Source: Balanoglossus misakiensis
Lineage: Eukaryota > Animalia > Hemichordata
NCBI GenBank assembly: GCA_040954595.2
Contig: CM082579.2
Span: 2,307,908-2,371,907 of the forward strand
DNA: 64,000 nt
Reading direction: 5' to 3'
Part shown: positions 41,401 to 54,539 of the stretch, piece after piece
Layout: every line of letters starts with the position of its first letter
How positions within the stretch are numbered: position 1 is the first letter of the stretch
Position numbers and translations under genes: made by a program
Notes under the pieces: model-generated
Databases searched by the model: none
What the model was told of the DNA's origin: nothing
The model's input: the letters and a program-made list of their open reading frames with translations, nothing else

Positions 41401-44400
41401 AGATCAGTAGGAAGACCAGAGCGTATAACTGGTGACAGATACATGTGTAGTGTCCCAAATATATCATAACATCATAATTGGTAAACAGCGGACTCGTTCC
41501 TATGTCTCCTGGGTGGATTATCACGACTGATGCCAACATCACAAACGTGAAAATCGCATACATGCCTTTACGCCCTACAGTGAAACATTACATTCTAGAT
41601 GACCAGTTCATTGCCGATAGTCAGGTGAGCGATCGTGGCATGCAAGCTAGATATAAGTAACTCTAGTGAACAGTCTTCACGTCACGTTCATGCAGCTAAC
41701 ACCAATGGCGGGAAGTGTAACGTTACCGCTGAACAGGAAGTCACCTACCACATAATTAATGGCAGGTGATTTTTGCAGACAAGACAACAGCGTGAACTGT
41801 AACTACTCAGTGTAATGTGTAAAGCATAAGCGAATGGCCAACATGCGCGTGAATCTGTTTTTAAAAACTAAATGGCTGAAGCTGCTGCCCCGGTCGTGCC
41901 TGGTGAAGTTAACTTATTAAGTTGTTGCCAATAACCTCATTAAACATCCAAACAGTCTGTGTAGCAATGAATTATGGTTGGTGACACATCAACTTAAGCT
42001 CTGTATATTCAAACCTAGTCCTAATGAAACAACAAATTTAAGCCAAGCAGAAAATGGAAGAAAACCATCCATCCCAAGACAGTTATCATAGTAAACAAAC
42101 ATTAAATGGCCCGTGACTTGCGTAATTGTCAAATAATTTTGATCAAAATTGTATTTTAGTCGCACTACAATTGATCATTTTAATTATTAACATTATTGAT
42201 TATTGGGTTGAATAGACTTATTTATGACCCAATTGAACATAATCATTTATCAATATCTACGTTTTGTCAATTTAATCAGTAAAGAGTATATCTTGACTAT
42301 GTGGATTTATAATGAGCGCTAGACGCAGGTGTTTGACAGAAGCCATATATAAGAGGTTGGGTAATACTGATGTGCAGAATACTGGAGTAATTATTCTAAC
42401 AGAAGTGACATTTCTAATCAAGGGATCTTTTTTCACTTACCTAGGGCTACCCTTGCGGAGGTAGCCTCGTGGTTGATCCAGAAAGACACCCATGACAATA
42501 TCACGATGAGAATACACGGCAGATAGGTTTGCAGCACGAAAAATCCAATGCTTCGTTTCAAAAGGAACTTCAGCGACAGTCTTGGGTAGGCACCTGCACA
42601 TAGATAACTATGACTCATGTTAAACGTGCTACCGACTGGACACCCGGACTCGCGTTCATGCAGTTCGTGTAACCCTTCACTGGCACAAAGCCACGGACAC
42701 CGACTTAGATAATTAGACACATACACACTTGCACACACCAGTCAGTCATTCAGTCTGTCTGTCTGTATATGATGGTTGTTAGAATTACTCTTTTTAAAAT
42801 TGAAGCATCAAGTTATTCCCTAGGAAGTAACATGTGTATTTACCGCCAATTTGATTTGAAAGGCAGTTTGATCTTCTGATCCTAAATCTAGTCACCTCTG
42901 ATATTTTGTGGTTTTAACGAGAAAATGTCACTGACAGAGAGTATTGAAAAGGTTTAGAACACCAACCTTCAGAATGGGTACCACTTAATAAGTCACAATG
43001 CACGATTAGAACATAAATGAGATGAAGTGACACATGTGAAATGCCCGGATGTTCAATGCATATTTCTTCTCATAAGTAACAAAGACATCTCACATGAACT
43101 TTCTTGATACACAATCTTACCTGTAGAAAATGAAATTATCCTCTCTACAAGCGCATAATCTTGAATTTCGAACTGTGGCAGGTCAATATTTTGCATCCCC
43201 ACCACCGATGCATTGCCATGTTTCCATGTATACAGCATGTCATCAGTGGTATAGCCGTCTGTGATGAGAGAAAAAAGAGAGTGGAGGTGTCATCACGTTT
43301 AATAGTTGTGTACAGCAAACATGAAATCGATGCTTTGCCGCTCATTGCGAGATCTCGCGAGACTTGGTTAATTACCGTGGCAACATGATACAAGTTACGC
43401 TTTCTATGAAACTAGAATAGGTTCGGAGTTTCAACAGAACTTGCAACTTTTGCGCTGTACAGCGCCACGGACAGTGTATTGTTTGTCCTGTGCCTCGCGT
43501 ATAAAGTAACTAGCCACGCGAGATATCGCGTGGCTTCATGGAGGTCGGGAAATGGCCTATTGGATGTGGCCAGGAACACGTGTACCAACAACGCGGTATT
43601 AGCTGTGGACCATTTCGATTAAACAGAAGCGCGCGAGTCTTTATCACTGATTCCACGAACAAATAGTTATAGAAGTAGTCAGAGAGAGAGAGAGTTTAGA
43701 GATGTAAACGTTTTCCAAATCGTGCCTATTGCCATCAGAGCAGTGGTGACACGTCATTGCCATTTGATTTTTGAAAGCACATCACTTCGAATGTGATCCT
43801 TTGAAGAGAGGTTTGTTAGCATCTTTGAAATGTTTAGACTGAATGTGTAACAGATGGATTGATTAGAAAAAGACTTGAATGTACAACCGACGGACCGCTT
43901 TTACACTGCGCCCTCTTTGCAATGGCCCTTTATTCGACATGTTGTGTGGGATTTACTGCATGGGGTAAAATTAGCTCTTGTCATTGTCCGCATCTCATCA
44001 ACAGACACTTATTTCTGGAGATGACAGGTAGATTTCGAATACTTGCCGCGAGCGTGATTTGTGTCATATCTAAGTGTACAATAGACGTCAAAAATTCAGA
44101 CTCAGCTATTTTTCTAGAAACGTATTCAATTTTAAAGACATGCCAGCCAAAATGACGTTTAAAGAGTAAAGAAAATTAGAAAAAAACGTAAGAAAGTTTC
44201 CCAAAATCACAGAAAGAAGCATAAGAAAAGATGACGTGAGCTCGTTATCAAAGCCAGGATTTATGAATATTCATAGCATACAGAGTAAAGCCGTGGTACG
44301 CGCGCCCACATTTAACTTTTTACGCCAACCGCACCCATGAATATTCCTTGCGCGTGTCGCAAGGTAGATCACAGACAAACGGAAGACATGACAACCGCTG

Positions 44401-45535
44401 CCACGTCATATCAGGTCTCTCGTCAGCCAACAGTACAGTCAAGAATGGTCTCTTTTTAAAGGTCGTATTTGAGTCACGTCGCGACTGATGTAACGGTCGC
44501 ACAACTATTAGGAAGCAAAGTCTCTCCGTGATCAAAATGCTTCATAAAAGCCGAATAACCTTTCCCGCAAATTGAATTGGGACAGTTGACGATGCATAGC
44601 TGCTTTCCATTCTCCCAATCACCAAGGGAGACTACAAAATGACTTCCATGTTATCCATTCTTCCGCGTATTTATGAATTTAATCGACACAATCCCGCAAT
44701 TAACTCTCGAGTTATTTTTGTTCATGGACTGACAAAATGAACACAGGCGACCGCTGATTTATTATGAAACGAGTGACGCCTCCATACAGTGCACTGGGAT
44801 CAACGTTGATCATCATAAGACGAATCAAAAGAATGCTCTATGTTTTACCTTTTAATTTTTGGTTATGAATTATTCCTCACTGTGCTCGCACAATGGGAGT
44901 CATTGGTGCTATTTTTGCAATCACGTTAAGTCCATCAAATTACCAGACAAAAAAGGGCCTTCGTGCTTTCCACCATATCGATAGACTTTCCAAATTCCCT
45001 TTCCCCCTTAATCTACAGAGATAATCAAATTCTCTCGTTGATGCCAGTCGAAACCCAAGCATTGACTAAGCTTCGCGTGTTTACGGAAATAATTATCGAT
45101 TAGTTACTTATTAAAGGATTTTTACACATGTGACGCTTGCTGATTTGATTAGTAGCGGTTGCTGTCAACTATCCCGGGGGATATCTGGCCAAAATAACGC
45201 AATCCCCAGAAAAATCACGGAAAGACACGCGCGTTCAAACTAACGTTGATTTTGTTAGCTGATGTTCCACTGGCTCGGAGTAATACAAGAGCGAGCCAGC
45301 CTCCACGGGGACGCTAAACACACCAAGGCCAGTCAGTAATTCTAATAGTACAGATGCACTTACAAATTTCCCTCGTGCTCCCCCAAAATTCATAGGCGCA
45401 CTAAATTAGAAACAATTGAAAACGATGACAGAATTAAACAGTTGTCGGACTGGATCACAAATACTGACAGCTCTAATCAAAAGAATTGTAATATCACGAG
45501 TAAGTTTATTGATCATTTCAAGACGAAAAAATGAC

Positions 45536-45573
<38 letters not shown>

Positions 45574-48500
45574 GAGAAATGTTCATCGTTGTATTGAATC
45601 CTCTTGAATGGCTACGATACTAGAGTACGGATAGCGCGTTGATGAAACGTCAGATGACAGATTAAGGTTATGGCTTGCTCAGTTCAGAACAAGTTTTCAG
45701 TACGCGATCAATTGGTTCAGGGATCACACGTTGTACAGATGTGCCGTAACACCGCTGAATACAAAGCGCGTAGAATGCACGCGTGTTAGAGAGTGATGTA
45801 TGATGCGGTTTAGTTATACACCGACTGGTGATATGCCATCTGAGCTCTCCATTTGACCTAGATCAACATTCCAGTATGAAGATAAATACCGTGAAAGTAA
45901 ATTAGTTTTAACGAGGGACGTTCGCGGGGAAACATCTTTGTCGCACACCTTGAAAAATGTGCCTCCGCGCCATGGGGCATTAAAACGGTGCTCAATGGCA
46001 CAGCAACATCTCACGACACATCAGAACACCAATTTATCTGACAGACCTACAAATCACACGCGAACGGAATTCACCGAACCCTGTCAACGTCCCGACGGCA
46101 CGGCACTGATAAACGCCCGCTTTATTTTCATTTTGTTTCGGCAAATGGGGTCGTGAGCTCAACTGTCGTCCATCCATTTCAACGAAGGCGAAAAAGGGGA
46201 AGCCCGTTCTGGGAAACTGTCACACAGTCATCCCAGATGGTGCTTGTCTCTGCCGGAGTCACGTGTCAGTGGAAGTTGTATTAATTGAATGCAATTTGTT
46301 ACCGATGCCGTTACGTGGATGGAAATCCAAGAATCAGGGAAATATTGCGACTACGTGCGCTTTTAATTTCGCGATGTGTCGATGGACTGAATAAGCGGTA
46401 ACCCCTGTCGAACTACTTTGCCAACATTTGCATTTCCTGACAGGAACAGAGTATGACCCCCAAGTACGAAGAGAAATGTCACCGCCGGCAATCTGGCGAC
46501 AAATAAATGAGAGAACAGCTTTTGCAAATTATTTACCAACGACAACACACATTTAAATAGTCGTTTCGGCTTCACCTCATACGAAAATATGTCTCATAAG
46601 AAAATGTCTGCGCTTGTGACGTCATTTCCTGCCGTTTTTTTCTAACAATAAAACCGGAAGTAGTATTTCTGAACTGGCCCCTTTCCAAGTCACTAGGCCT
46701 ATATCTGCGTATTTTAGTGTTTTACACTGTAACACTATAACAGAATTTACACATTTACACAGTGTGTCAGGAAAGTGAACCGATATTTTTCCTTAGCTTC
46801 TTCGACTTGAGCTCACGCGCGCTTGATAATGATTTCGAAAACGTTATAGGCGTTTAGAGATGGCTTGGCCAACGAAGAAGTCTTCTGGGTCAAATGTATG
46901 CACACAGCAAAGATTATTCAGATTGCATGAAGTATGGCTGCGTAGAGAGGAAACACAGGAACCTAATATTCAGAGATAGCCTTCTTTCTCAGCATCTAAA
47001 GTGGAGTTATCGGGGAAATTTTTGACCTTTGCACCTTCGTTGCAGACCAGGACATCCCCACGGGAAAGCTTTATCATCCATTACGCATTCACTTTAACTA
47101 TGTGTTTATCGTATCAGCTCTCCTGAATTTTAAAGGACAGTTGGACTATTTTTCAGTATTTTTGTTCTGGGTCTCAACTGCAATTTCTTGTTGCAATGCT
47201 TTACTTTACCCATGCCTGTCAACATAGCGCGCGTGTGTGCAACGCCTGTTGTTATTTTTGACAGTCCGGACATGAAGACAGGTGGCAGCTACTGGGGCTT
47301 TAAACAAAGCCCATAAAAACCCGGTGTATACCAGCGAAATCTTCAGTAACAGCTTCGAAAGAAATAGGAGCAGCCATATTGAATACTACCCCCCCCCCCC
47401 CCCCAAGATATCAACGTGCATTAGTAGGCCATGGCACTTCGTCCTTGCACGAATCACGAAAACATTGCTTGCGGCATTTCTGAATGGTGGCATGATGCGC
47501 GGGATGTACGCAGCTCAATCTATATAGACCCGACATAATGCAACGTTGCACATGGACTTCCCCAGAACACGACATGCCTGATTACTTCTAATAACATCAT
47601 TCGCTTTGACGAACAAAATTAAAACAATCGTATACTCTCATCGCACAGTTCACATGCAAGTCCCATAGTTAATCCTGTTATAGGTTTCACGCCAGTAAAT
47701 ACGGCTTCATTGACATTGCATATAAATTATTAAGGTAATGCGACCCTGGTCTAAACTTGTTACTATCAACATAAAAAGCCTGAAACCTATACATGTTGAC
47801 TTACAAGTGATCGGAAATGCGCGTACGTGATTTTTACCATCAGAGAAAAATCCCCCTATGACACTGTAGCTGCAGCCTGACACAGGCGTCATTTTTCATG
47901 TATGCCCCAGAAGAAAAAAAAAATGTATGAAAAGTAGTTTTAGTTCGTTGTCTTCCTCCTACTGTTAAACATTAACACGGTAACTAACGTGACAGTTATG
48001 ATAAATGGCATAATTTCTACGTATTATTTTATGGTTATGGATCCGACAAGTTTTTTTGTCATTAAAGGCTACAACTACACAAAACAGTGTGGACAACAGG
48101 GACTGAAACAAAGCCTGTCGACAAAATCAAATCACTGTTTTAGTTGCCTTTTGTTTGTTGTGTGTTGTTCTCAGAGGGATATGAACGATCAATCAAATTG
48201 ATCTTTCGAAGAAGTGGGGGATATATAAACGTGCTAGCCGAACTAAAATCTGACGCCTGGAAGGCTGATGATCGAGATGATCATATTTCAAATACCCTTT
48301 GTCTTCATTAGGGACTCGTGCAATTCTAAAAATAAGACCCAAATCAGCTTAGTTGCCCATGACGTCACGATGTTATCATATTTCCGTGTGGCTCGGGTAT
48401 AAGGAAATCGAATGGAGTCGAGGCTAGCGCAGATGAAACATCATCAAAATCGAATTTAGAGGCGTTGGATCGCCCGGGGAAAAATAAAACTGTACAAATC

Positions 48501-51500
48501 TTGATCGACGAAATTGCGCTGTACAGATGACAGTTTTTTCATCCAAGGTAATCTTTGATGCCCCAAACGTGCTCCAAAAGATTGCCGAGGTTGAGGCCTC
48601 CTGTTCTCTGCATGTCAGTGTCTTACATATTCTACTCAGTAAAAGTGAAGTTGGCGGCCGGGTCGGCGCGCATGTTTGCCAGACGTCAGCGTCTCTGCAG
48701 ACAGGGTCATGCCACTAATTACGCGGTTTATTCCAGAAAACTTTTAGCTATTCGATAATTTAGAGGAGGAAAACCGTACCCGATACTGCAATTTTGAATC
48801 GACAATAATGCGACACCGCTGCGTCGGAAACAGATAGTACCATTATCTTCAATTGACTTGAGATCTCTGCTAAGACCGTCGATACTCAATCCTCGAGAAG
48901 ACACATTGAGATTTAAAAGTAAAACCGGATCTTATACTTCACTTCCAGAGCCGTAAACATGCCATTTGTTTAAGTAGCAAAGACATGATTGCTTGTCTTA
49001 TGAAAATTGATCACCTCCAGGGTTTATATGCATTCGTTTAGTAGCAGTCCTGCATAGCGCTAACGTTTATAATCACCATTCACTAAAAAAGAACCGTGAT
49101 AAGCTGATTTCATGATCTAGAACGTTGACCTTCTGATTTTGTGTTTTCAGTTTCAACGGAGCAATAAATAATATACTGAAAACTAAATAGATGCAAATAC
49201 AAGAGACAAGTAATAACAGCCGAAACATTTTGGCTGGTCTAAAAACCACCTAAACGAAACCTCTATTTTACCTTTTGACAACTGTCTTTACCAGATATTT
49301 TGAGGTATAAACCCTGGCTTCCGGGAAATACATGCTAAATAAAACACCGTAATTTTAGCTTTGGTATCATCTCGCGTTTTCTCGTTGCCTTCTGTCTTAA
49401 TACGAGTGGATGAAAGCCGACATGACGTCACAGCACAATCATCAAATTTCACACCCACTGGTGATTGGGGGTGACTGCATCCCGACCTTTGCACATTTCT
49501 TCTTCTTTCCCCCCTTTGTTGTCGAGATAATAAAGATATCAAGGCGCGAAACAAAGCGAGACCGCGCGCGAATCCTCAAATCAGATTACTGCGCTGATGT
49601 CCAACAACCTGATTGGGGTGGACAGGTTGGAGGCGGGGGGCAATGCGTCGGGACGGTAATGGGATCGAGTGATGCAAAGAAGATATTGGAACTTACAGCT
49701 CTCTATCTCCAATGTACAGTTCTGAACGTCTAGTGGATAATCGTGGAGGTCCATCATACATGACGCCACCGTCGTTATTCTATTACGAAGAGAGAGATAG
49801 AGAAACGAACGACGTAAAAATCGAAAGATCAGATGTCAATCTGCTTTGACGCTTCCATAAAAAGCGATTTTCGTGAAGAATGCACCCGTGCAAACTCAAC
49901 AGCCCGACAAGTTATTTATTCGAATAATTGGTTGCGCATATAATGGCCGCCCCTGGATGTTAGAAGCACAAGAGAGCTGGCCCAGTGCGGTCCGGGTGGC
50001 GTCCACAGACTTATGATGTTTGTCCATAATTGTCCACACATTCCATACACAGAAATGAATTCCAATTTCCGACCTATTCAATAAAATTTAACTAAAAGCA
50101 TATGGGGAAATTATAAAGACTGTTGATTCTGCATTAAGTAAACGGACGCATAGATACGTATTTGAAAATTCCTTTGTGGTCTTGTGTGTTGCAATAAATG
50201 GATATCATTATACTGTGTGCGTTCTATGGAGATGAGATGGCAAACTCCCCGGTGATGTGACGTCATTGCGCCTGTGTTTATTTTGGGAATGTCAATTCCA
50301 CCGAAGTGAATACCTGGTTAGTTATCATCAAACACTGGGGCCGAGAGACCCTAAACAAACTTTGCTCGCATGCGGCGTACACTGATGCATTGGAATCTCG
50401 GTACACGCGGCGCGAGAAACTTCCCCCCGGGGCGTGGGAAGCGATTTCACCCCTGACTGGGCTGACACGTGCGACGACTGAGAAAGGTAAACAAAACGGG
50501 CGTGCTGGATGAAATACATCAGAAATGAAACGAGCCTAACCTCTTTAGAGAGAGACACAGGCACGAGATGATAAGTCACCGAGCTCGCTGACCTGAAACT
50601 TACAAGACTAGGTTACTAAAATGTGATAAGCGGGCGTAGCCGAACTTACCTCAGTCCGTATAGAACACTCCCGTCATGATGCAGCCGTAACATTCTGTTT
50701 GACACTGTCACCTGGTGAACGAACGATTTTTTGTCATTCACGAAGTATGTATCCGGCACCCATATTTCATCGGCCAGTCGCCCATCGAATGAAATGTTAC
50801 CGAGACCCGGGTCATATTCTAGTCTTCTGTCTTGCCAGTATTGCCTGAGGTACATCGTTATCGTATAATCCTGGAACAGATGAATAAGAAAGCTTTTGTC
50901 ACGTGACAATCACCATTTTTGCAGTTCAAGGAAGTACGATTCACTTAAGATTTACTAAGGATATTGCTATGACAACGGGTACCCGATATCTTACTCCTTT
51001 TCTCTCACGCAAACGCCGATAAAACATCTCTTTTAAAATGCGGTATATTCTGTTGTGTTACACATCACTGTTGTCCCTTTGTTGTCATCAGCAGGCAACG
51101 GGAACATGAGACCGTTTTAGGGCAAATATATTGAATCTTCATAGCATGCGATACTCTGTGTTATTAGAGCTTACGTCATCAATGAACTAACTGATTTTGG
51201 TCAAAAAATATATCTAGCGAATACAAATATAAAGCATTGCATGGTTTGACGTTCACAAACAAGACTTGCAGACACACACTAGTACAAATCCCCACACATC
51301 CGTCCCCCAGATGCCCGAGTATCTCTATAGCAACCATGCAGTAAATATGGCCAACCAGCGCTCGCGCTGCGTTGAGCGCGCTGGCGAGGGAAACAAATCA
51401 GGATGCGTGAAAAATGACAAATTTCTACCGGCAAGAAATGAGGCAAGTTATTGAATTTCCTCGCTTGAATTCTTTCGGCTGTGCCCATGTTTGTTGGGAG

Positions 51501-54500
51501 AACTAAACAGAACACAGTCAGGAGGAAATGTCCGCCGATGATGTCGAGTGTAATCAATCGTATCGTGTTGTTTGGTCGACCATTTAGTTAGCCATGTACA
51601 TGGGCAGGGTGTACGAGGACGTCCGTTTCCTCGGCGTGCTAAAAGCCAACTTAGCAAGCGTTTTCTTCACGGATGTTGAAGCCAACACGAAATCCACGTT
51701 TAGTGGAGTCAGAAAACATGGTCGGCAGGGTGTATAACTGCACAACAATTCGAAAGGTCTGGTAGCATGATCGGGGCACAAAATGGGAAGGAATAAATCG
51801 AAGTTTTGCGTATAGATATGGTGTTTCATATACAGCGACTGCAGCATATTCAGAGAAGTTAAAATTCTTTAAATGATGTTAATATTTTTGCCGATGATAA
51901 TGCTAATACCCAGAGCACAGGGGATTTTGTTTTCCAGGGCAGGTAATTACCAATTACTCTATTCGCAAATGACCTTCTCTTTATGGGAAAAATCAAAAAG
52001 GTAACGTAGCATGCATACTTATAGTCTGCACAGTAAAACCTATAATTGGCGAGCTGGAAACTTAGCGGCTAATAACCCTATCTGGGGGAACCTTTCCAAT
52101 CCACCCGATTCCACTGTTCACATTTTAATGGTCAAATAATTTGAGAAGGCATTATCAAATGCCTATCACTTGCCATTTAATTGGCATTAATGCGCTCATC
52201 GCTATTTTGTTCGCCATTTCACGGCTGGGGCAGAGCGAGATAGCTCTGACAGACAAAAAGGGAGAAAGAGAAGGGAAATAGGTGAGTTTGCGATAAGCCA
52301 CCTCGTGTCAGGTCCGTGGAGAACGCCAAATGGCGCCCGCGAGACCAAAACGATCCAATTGGTTTCCACTAATATACACATAATAAGTAGAAAGAGGTTG
52401 GCGTATCTAGGATTTTAATCGACGAAAAAAAGGAAGTAAGTACAGAGTAAACTAAACGATTGACTCGTCAAATATATACACTCACTCATTGATTCAGTAT
52501 TTGAAAAGAAAACTTTTTTAGAATCGAAGTAGCTTGCTAATTACACGTGTCTCACTCTGACTAACGCGTCGATATACCCAATATATTTTTTTTCTTGCTA
52601 ACATGATAACACTGGTCTCCCATTTAGAGAATGTGAATCAGCTTCCAGAGTTGTATCCACGTTTACACGTGACGATAACAACTGCATCTCATTCAACTCA
52701 GAGCCTACATACACACGAGGCAATAGAGCACGGGGGATAGTAAATCCCGCTTTCTATTTTGCCAGCCGCTTGGCCAGCTGGTTGTATAATCCACTGTGAT
52801 CCACATTGCGAAAATAGGGCACTGGAATTAATGTGTGATATCAGTGAGATAATTGTCAAACTGGCGACTGTGGCTGCAGGCACAATAACTTACAACCAAC
52901 CAACCAGCCTACCAACCAACCAGCCAAACAAACAAACAACCAAACACCCAACCAACCAAGCACCCAACCAACCACCAACCAACCAACCAGCCAACCAACC
53001 AACAAACAAACAAACAAAGAAACAAACAAACAAAATCAAATCGTAATACAATCTGAAGATCTTGCAATCAATTATCTAACACAGACATATATAAATTGAG
53101 TTCTTGTACAGCACAATGAATATTAATCAAATAGCTTAGGTATTTATACACAGTTCATAATGCGGCAGAGTAAAATGTGACCAATGTACACGATCATAAA
53201 TAGCAGTAATGTAATAATGTCAGCCTTATACTGACTTACACGCAGCTTTGCCAGGATCGCATTTCACGTGCAATATTCAACGTTGTCAAAGTTGAACTCG
53301 TAACGTAACGGACGCAACGGTGACACGACACAATTCACCGACGGGCGCCACACGGACAGTTCCCAAACAATTGGGTAAAGGGGAGGAGCATTAAAATGAT
53401 TCGCTGGTTTTTTTGTCGACGTCTCTGCTTGGGGGAGGGCGCGGGCGTGTCGATTGACGAACCGCAATGTGGTCGGTATGCCGACATGACCGATGTTGTA
53501 CGAACGTATATACACACGATGAGGGCAGGGTGGACGAAATGGCGGCAGCTCCCCCACACAGATCGCTGTGCACGCTATCGCTTTTAAATCGTTTCAGAGG
53601 CATTTTCGTGGATCCTCTGTAGCCTATGGCACGCGCACATATGTAACGCATTGGAAAGTGCGAGCGTGCGTGTATATCTTGCTGCTTGTTGAATGAAGCG
53701 GTCCTATTGATGTCTCTACGCACTGAGCGAGCGCGATGCAATCGATGCGCTATTACTATTCGGTTCACACAAAAACGCCTAAACGCTCGAAACGTCAGCA
53801 CACAGGCAAGATCACTACTATCTTCCAATGTGTATTTCCCGCCCAACCGACAATACTCTAGATTTGGATTCAGTGTTTAACTCACCATGTTAACTTCGGA
53901 GATACTATTTATGTTTACTATGTGCATATCCATTTCTACCTTCACCGGTTCTCCTGGAACGAAAAGAAATCGTAATAAGAACCAATCACACACCGCACCA
54001 TCTGTACAGAAAAATACACCCTGAATTAACTCTAGATGACACTTCAATGATCTTCAATTCATTTAAAACAAAACAAAACAAAGAGTAACAAGACAAACTT
54101 GGCATTTGCTCTTTCACTGAACATGGTGATTGGCTATTACGGTTGCATAATTTAAAGTTGAATGCGAAGAGCAGTCAAGGTGGGGACACCCGCGGCTTAC
54201 CTCCAAACTGCGGCCTCAGCCGAATGTCGTATGTCTTAAGTATTTTGTCAATCGTGCTGGTGATGTTTAAGATGCGTTGCTGGTTATACGCGACATCTTC
54301 TTCTGGTTGTGATGAGGCACTGGGGGTGCAGAGATGGATGGAGTCCATGCAAGAAATACGTATTAAGAATATTTCACATAGATTGACGATTTCAAAAATT
54401 CGAAAAAATGTAAAAAATACAGAAAAAAATATTTAATCAGACAATCTGTAGATTGCTAGGTTAGAGATACTCACTTCGTCCAGTGTACATATAGTACCGA

Positions 54501-54539
54501 TATAACCAGGTGGAGGAAAACGGGATGCCTCGACCACAT
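32075..54539 (-). CDS. GABRB: GABA-A receptor beta-like subunit (LCCH3/GABRB-type Cys-loop ligand-gated ion channel), complete spliced CDS: join of 54475-54539, 54201-54319, 53886-53953, 50650-50870, 49697-49779, 43121-43258, 42441-42593, 33496-33737, 32075-32431; 481 aa
   Basis: All eight introns are GT-AG with compatible phases (2,1,0,2,1,1,1,0). Total 1446 nt. Motifs: signal peptide, YDIRLRP, WVPDTYF, Cys-loop [34 protein letters not shown]2 [22 protein letters not shown]4 [10 protein letters not shown]. Confidence 0.95.
33496..33737 (-). CDS. GABRB: GABA-A beta-like coding exon 8: M2 to M3 and start of intracellular loop
   Basis: 242 nt. Encodes [50 protein letters not shown]...IYEQ. Donor CAG/GTAAGA. 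Confidence 0.95.
42441..42593 (-). CDS. GABRB: GABA-A beta-like coding exon 7: end of loop C, M1, start of M2
   Basis: 153 nt. Encodes [52 protein letters not shown]. Donor GTAAGT. Confidence 0.96.
43121..43258 (-). CDS. GABRB: GABA-A beta-like coding exon 6: loops B, F and C
   Basis: 138 nt. Encodes [47 protein letters not shown]. Confidence 0.95.
45536..45576. repeat. (GA)n(GACA)n microsatellite
   Basis: Read directly from the sequence. Confidence 0.85.
47130..47303. mobile_element. Putative non-autonomous Kolobok-like DNA element (about 166 bp) in intron 5
   Basis: TTAA at 47130-47133 and 47300-47303. Element begins AG and ends CT. Weak terminal inverted similarity (AGGACAGTTG vs reverse complement AGCCCCAGTAG). 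A similar end TTAAAGGCCCATGAGCTG occurs at 30905. Confidence 0.4.
49697..49779 (-). CDS. GABRB: GABA-A beta-like coding exon 5: Cys-loop
   Basis: 83 nt. Encodes [27 protein letters not shown]. Confidence 0.96.
50650..50870 (-). CDS. GABRB: GABA-A beta-like coding exon 4: loops D, A and E
   Basis: 221 nt. Encodes [17 protein letters not shown]...[38 protein letters not shown]. Confidence 0.96.
52893..53033. repeat. Degenerate (AACC)n/(AAAC)n microsatellite
   Basis: Read directly. It accounts for the NQPT-rich spurious ORF at 52759-53046. Confidence 0.9.
53886..53953 (-). CDS. GABRB: GABA-A beta-like coding exon 3 (absent from the ORF track)
   Basis: 68 nt. Encodes (G)[22 protein letters not shown]. 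Acceptor TTCGTTCCAG, donor GTGAGT. Confidence 0.93.
54201..54319 (-). CDS. GABRB: GABA-A beta-like coding exon 2 (absent from the ORF track)
   Basis: 119 nt. Encodes [39 protein letters not shown](G). Donor GAG/GTAAGC. Confidence 0.93.
54475..54539 (-). CDS. GABRB: GABA-A beta-like coding exon 1: signal peptide
   Basis: 65 nt. Encodes [21 protein letters not shown] with a phase-2 donor GTGAGT that fits exon 2. A possible acceptor (TTTTATTTATTAG) 18 nt upstream of the ATG suggests a non-coding upstream exon. Confidence 0.82.
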
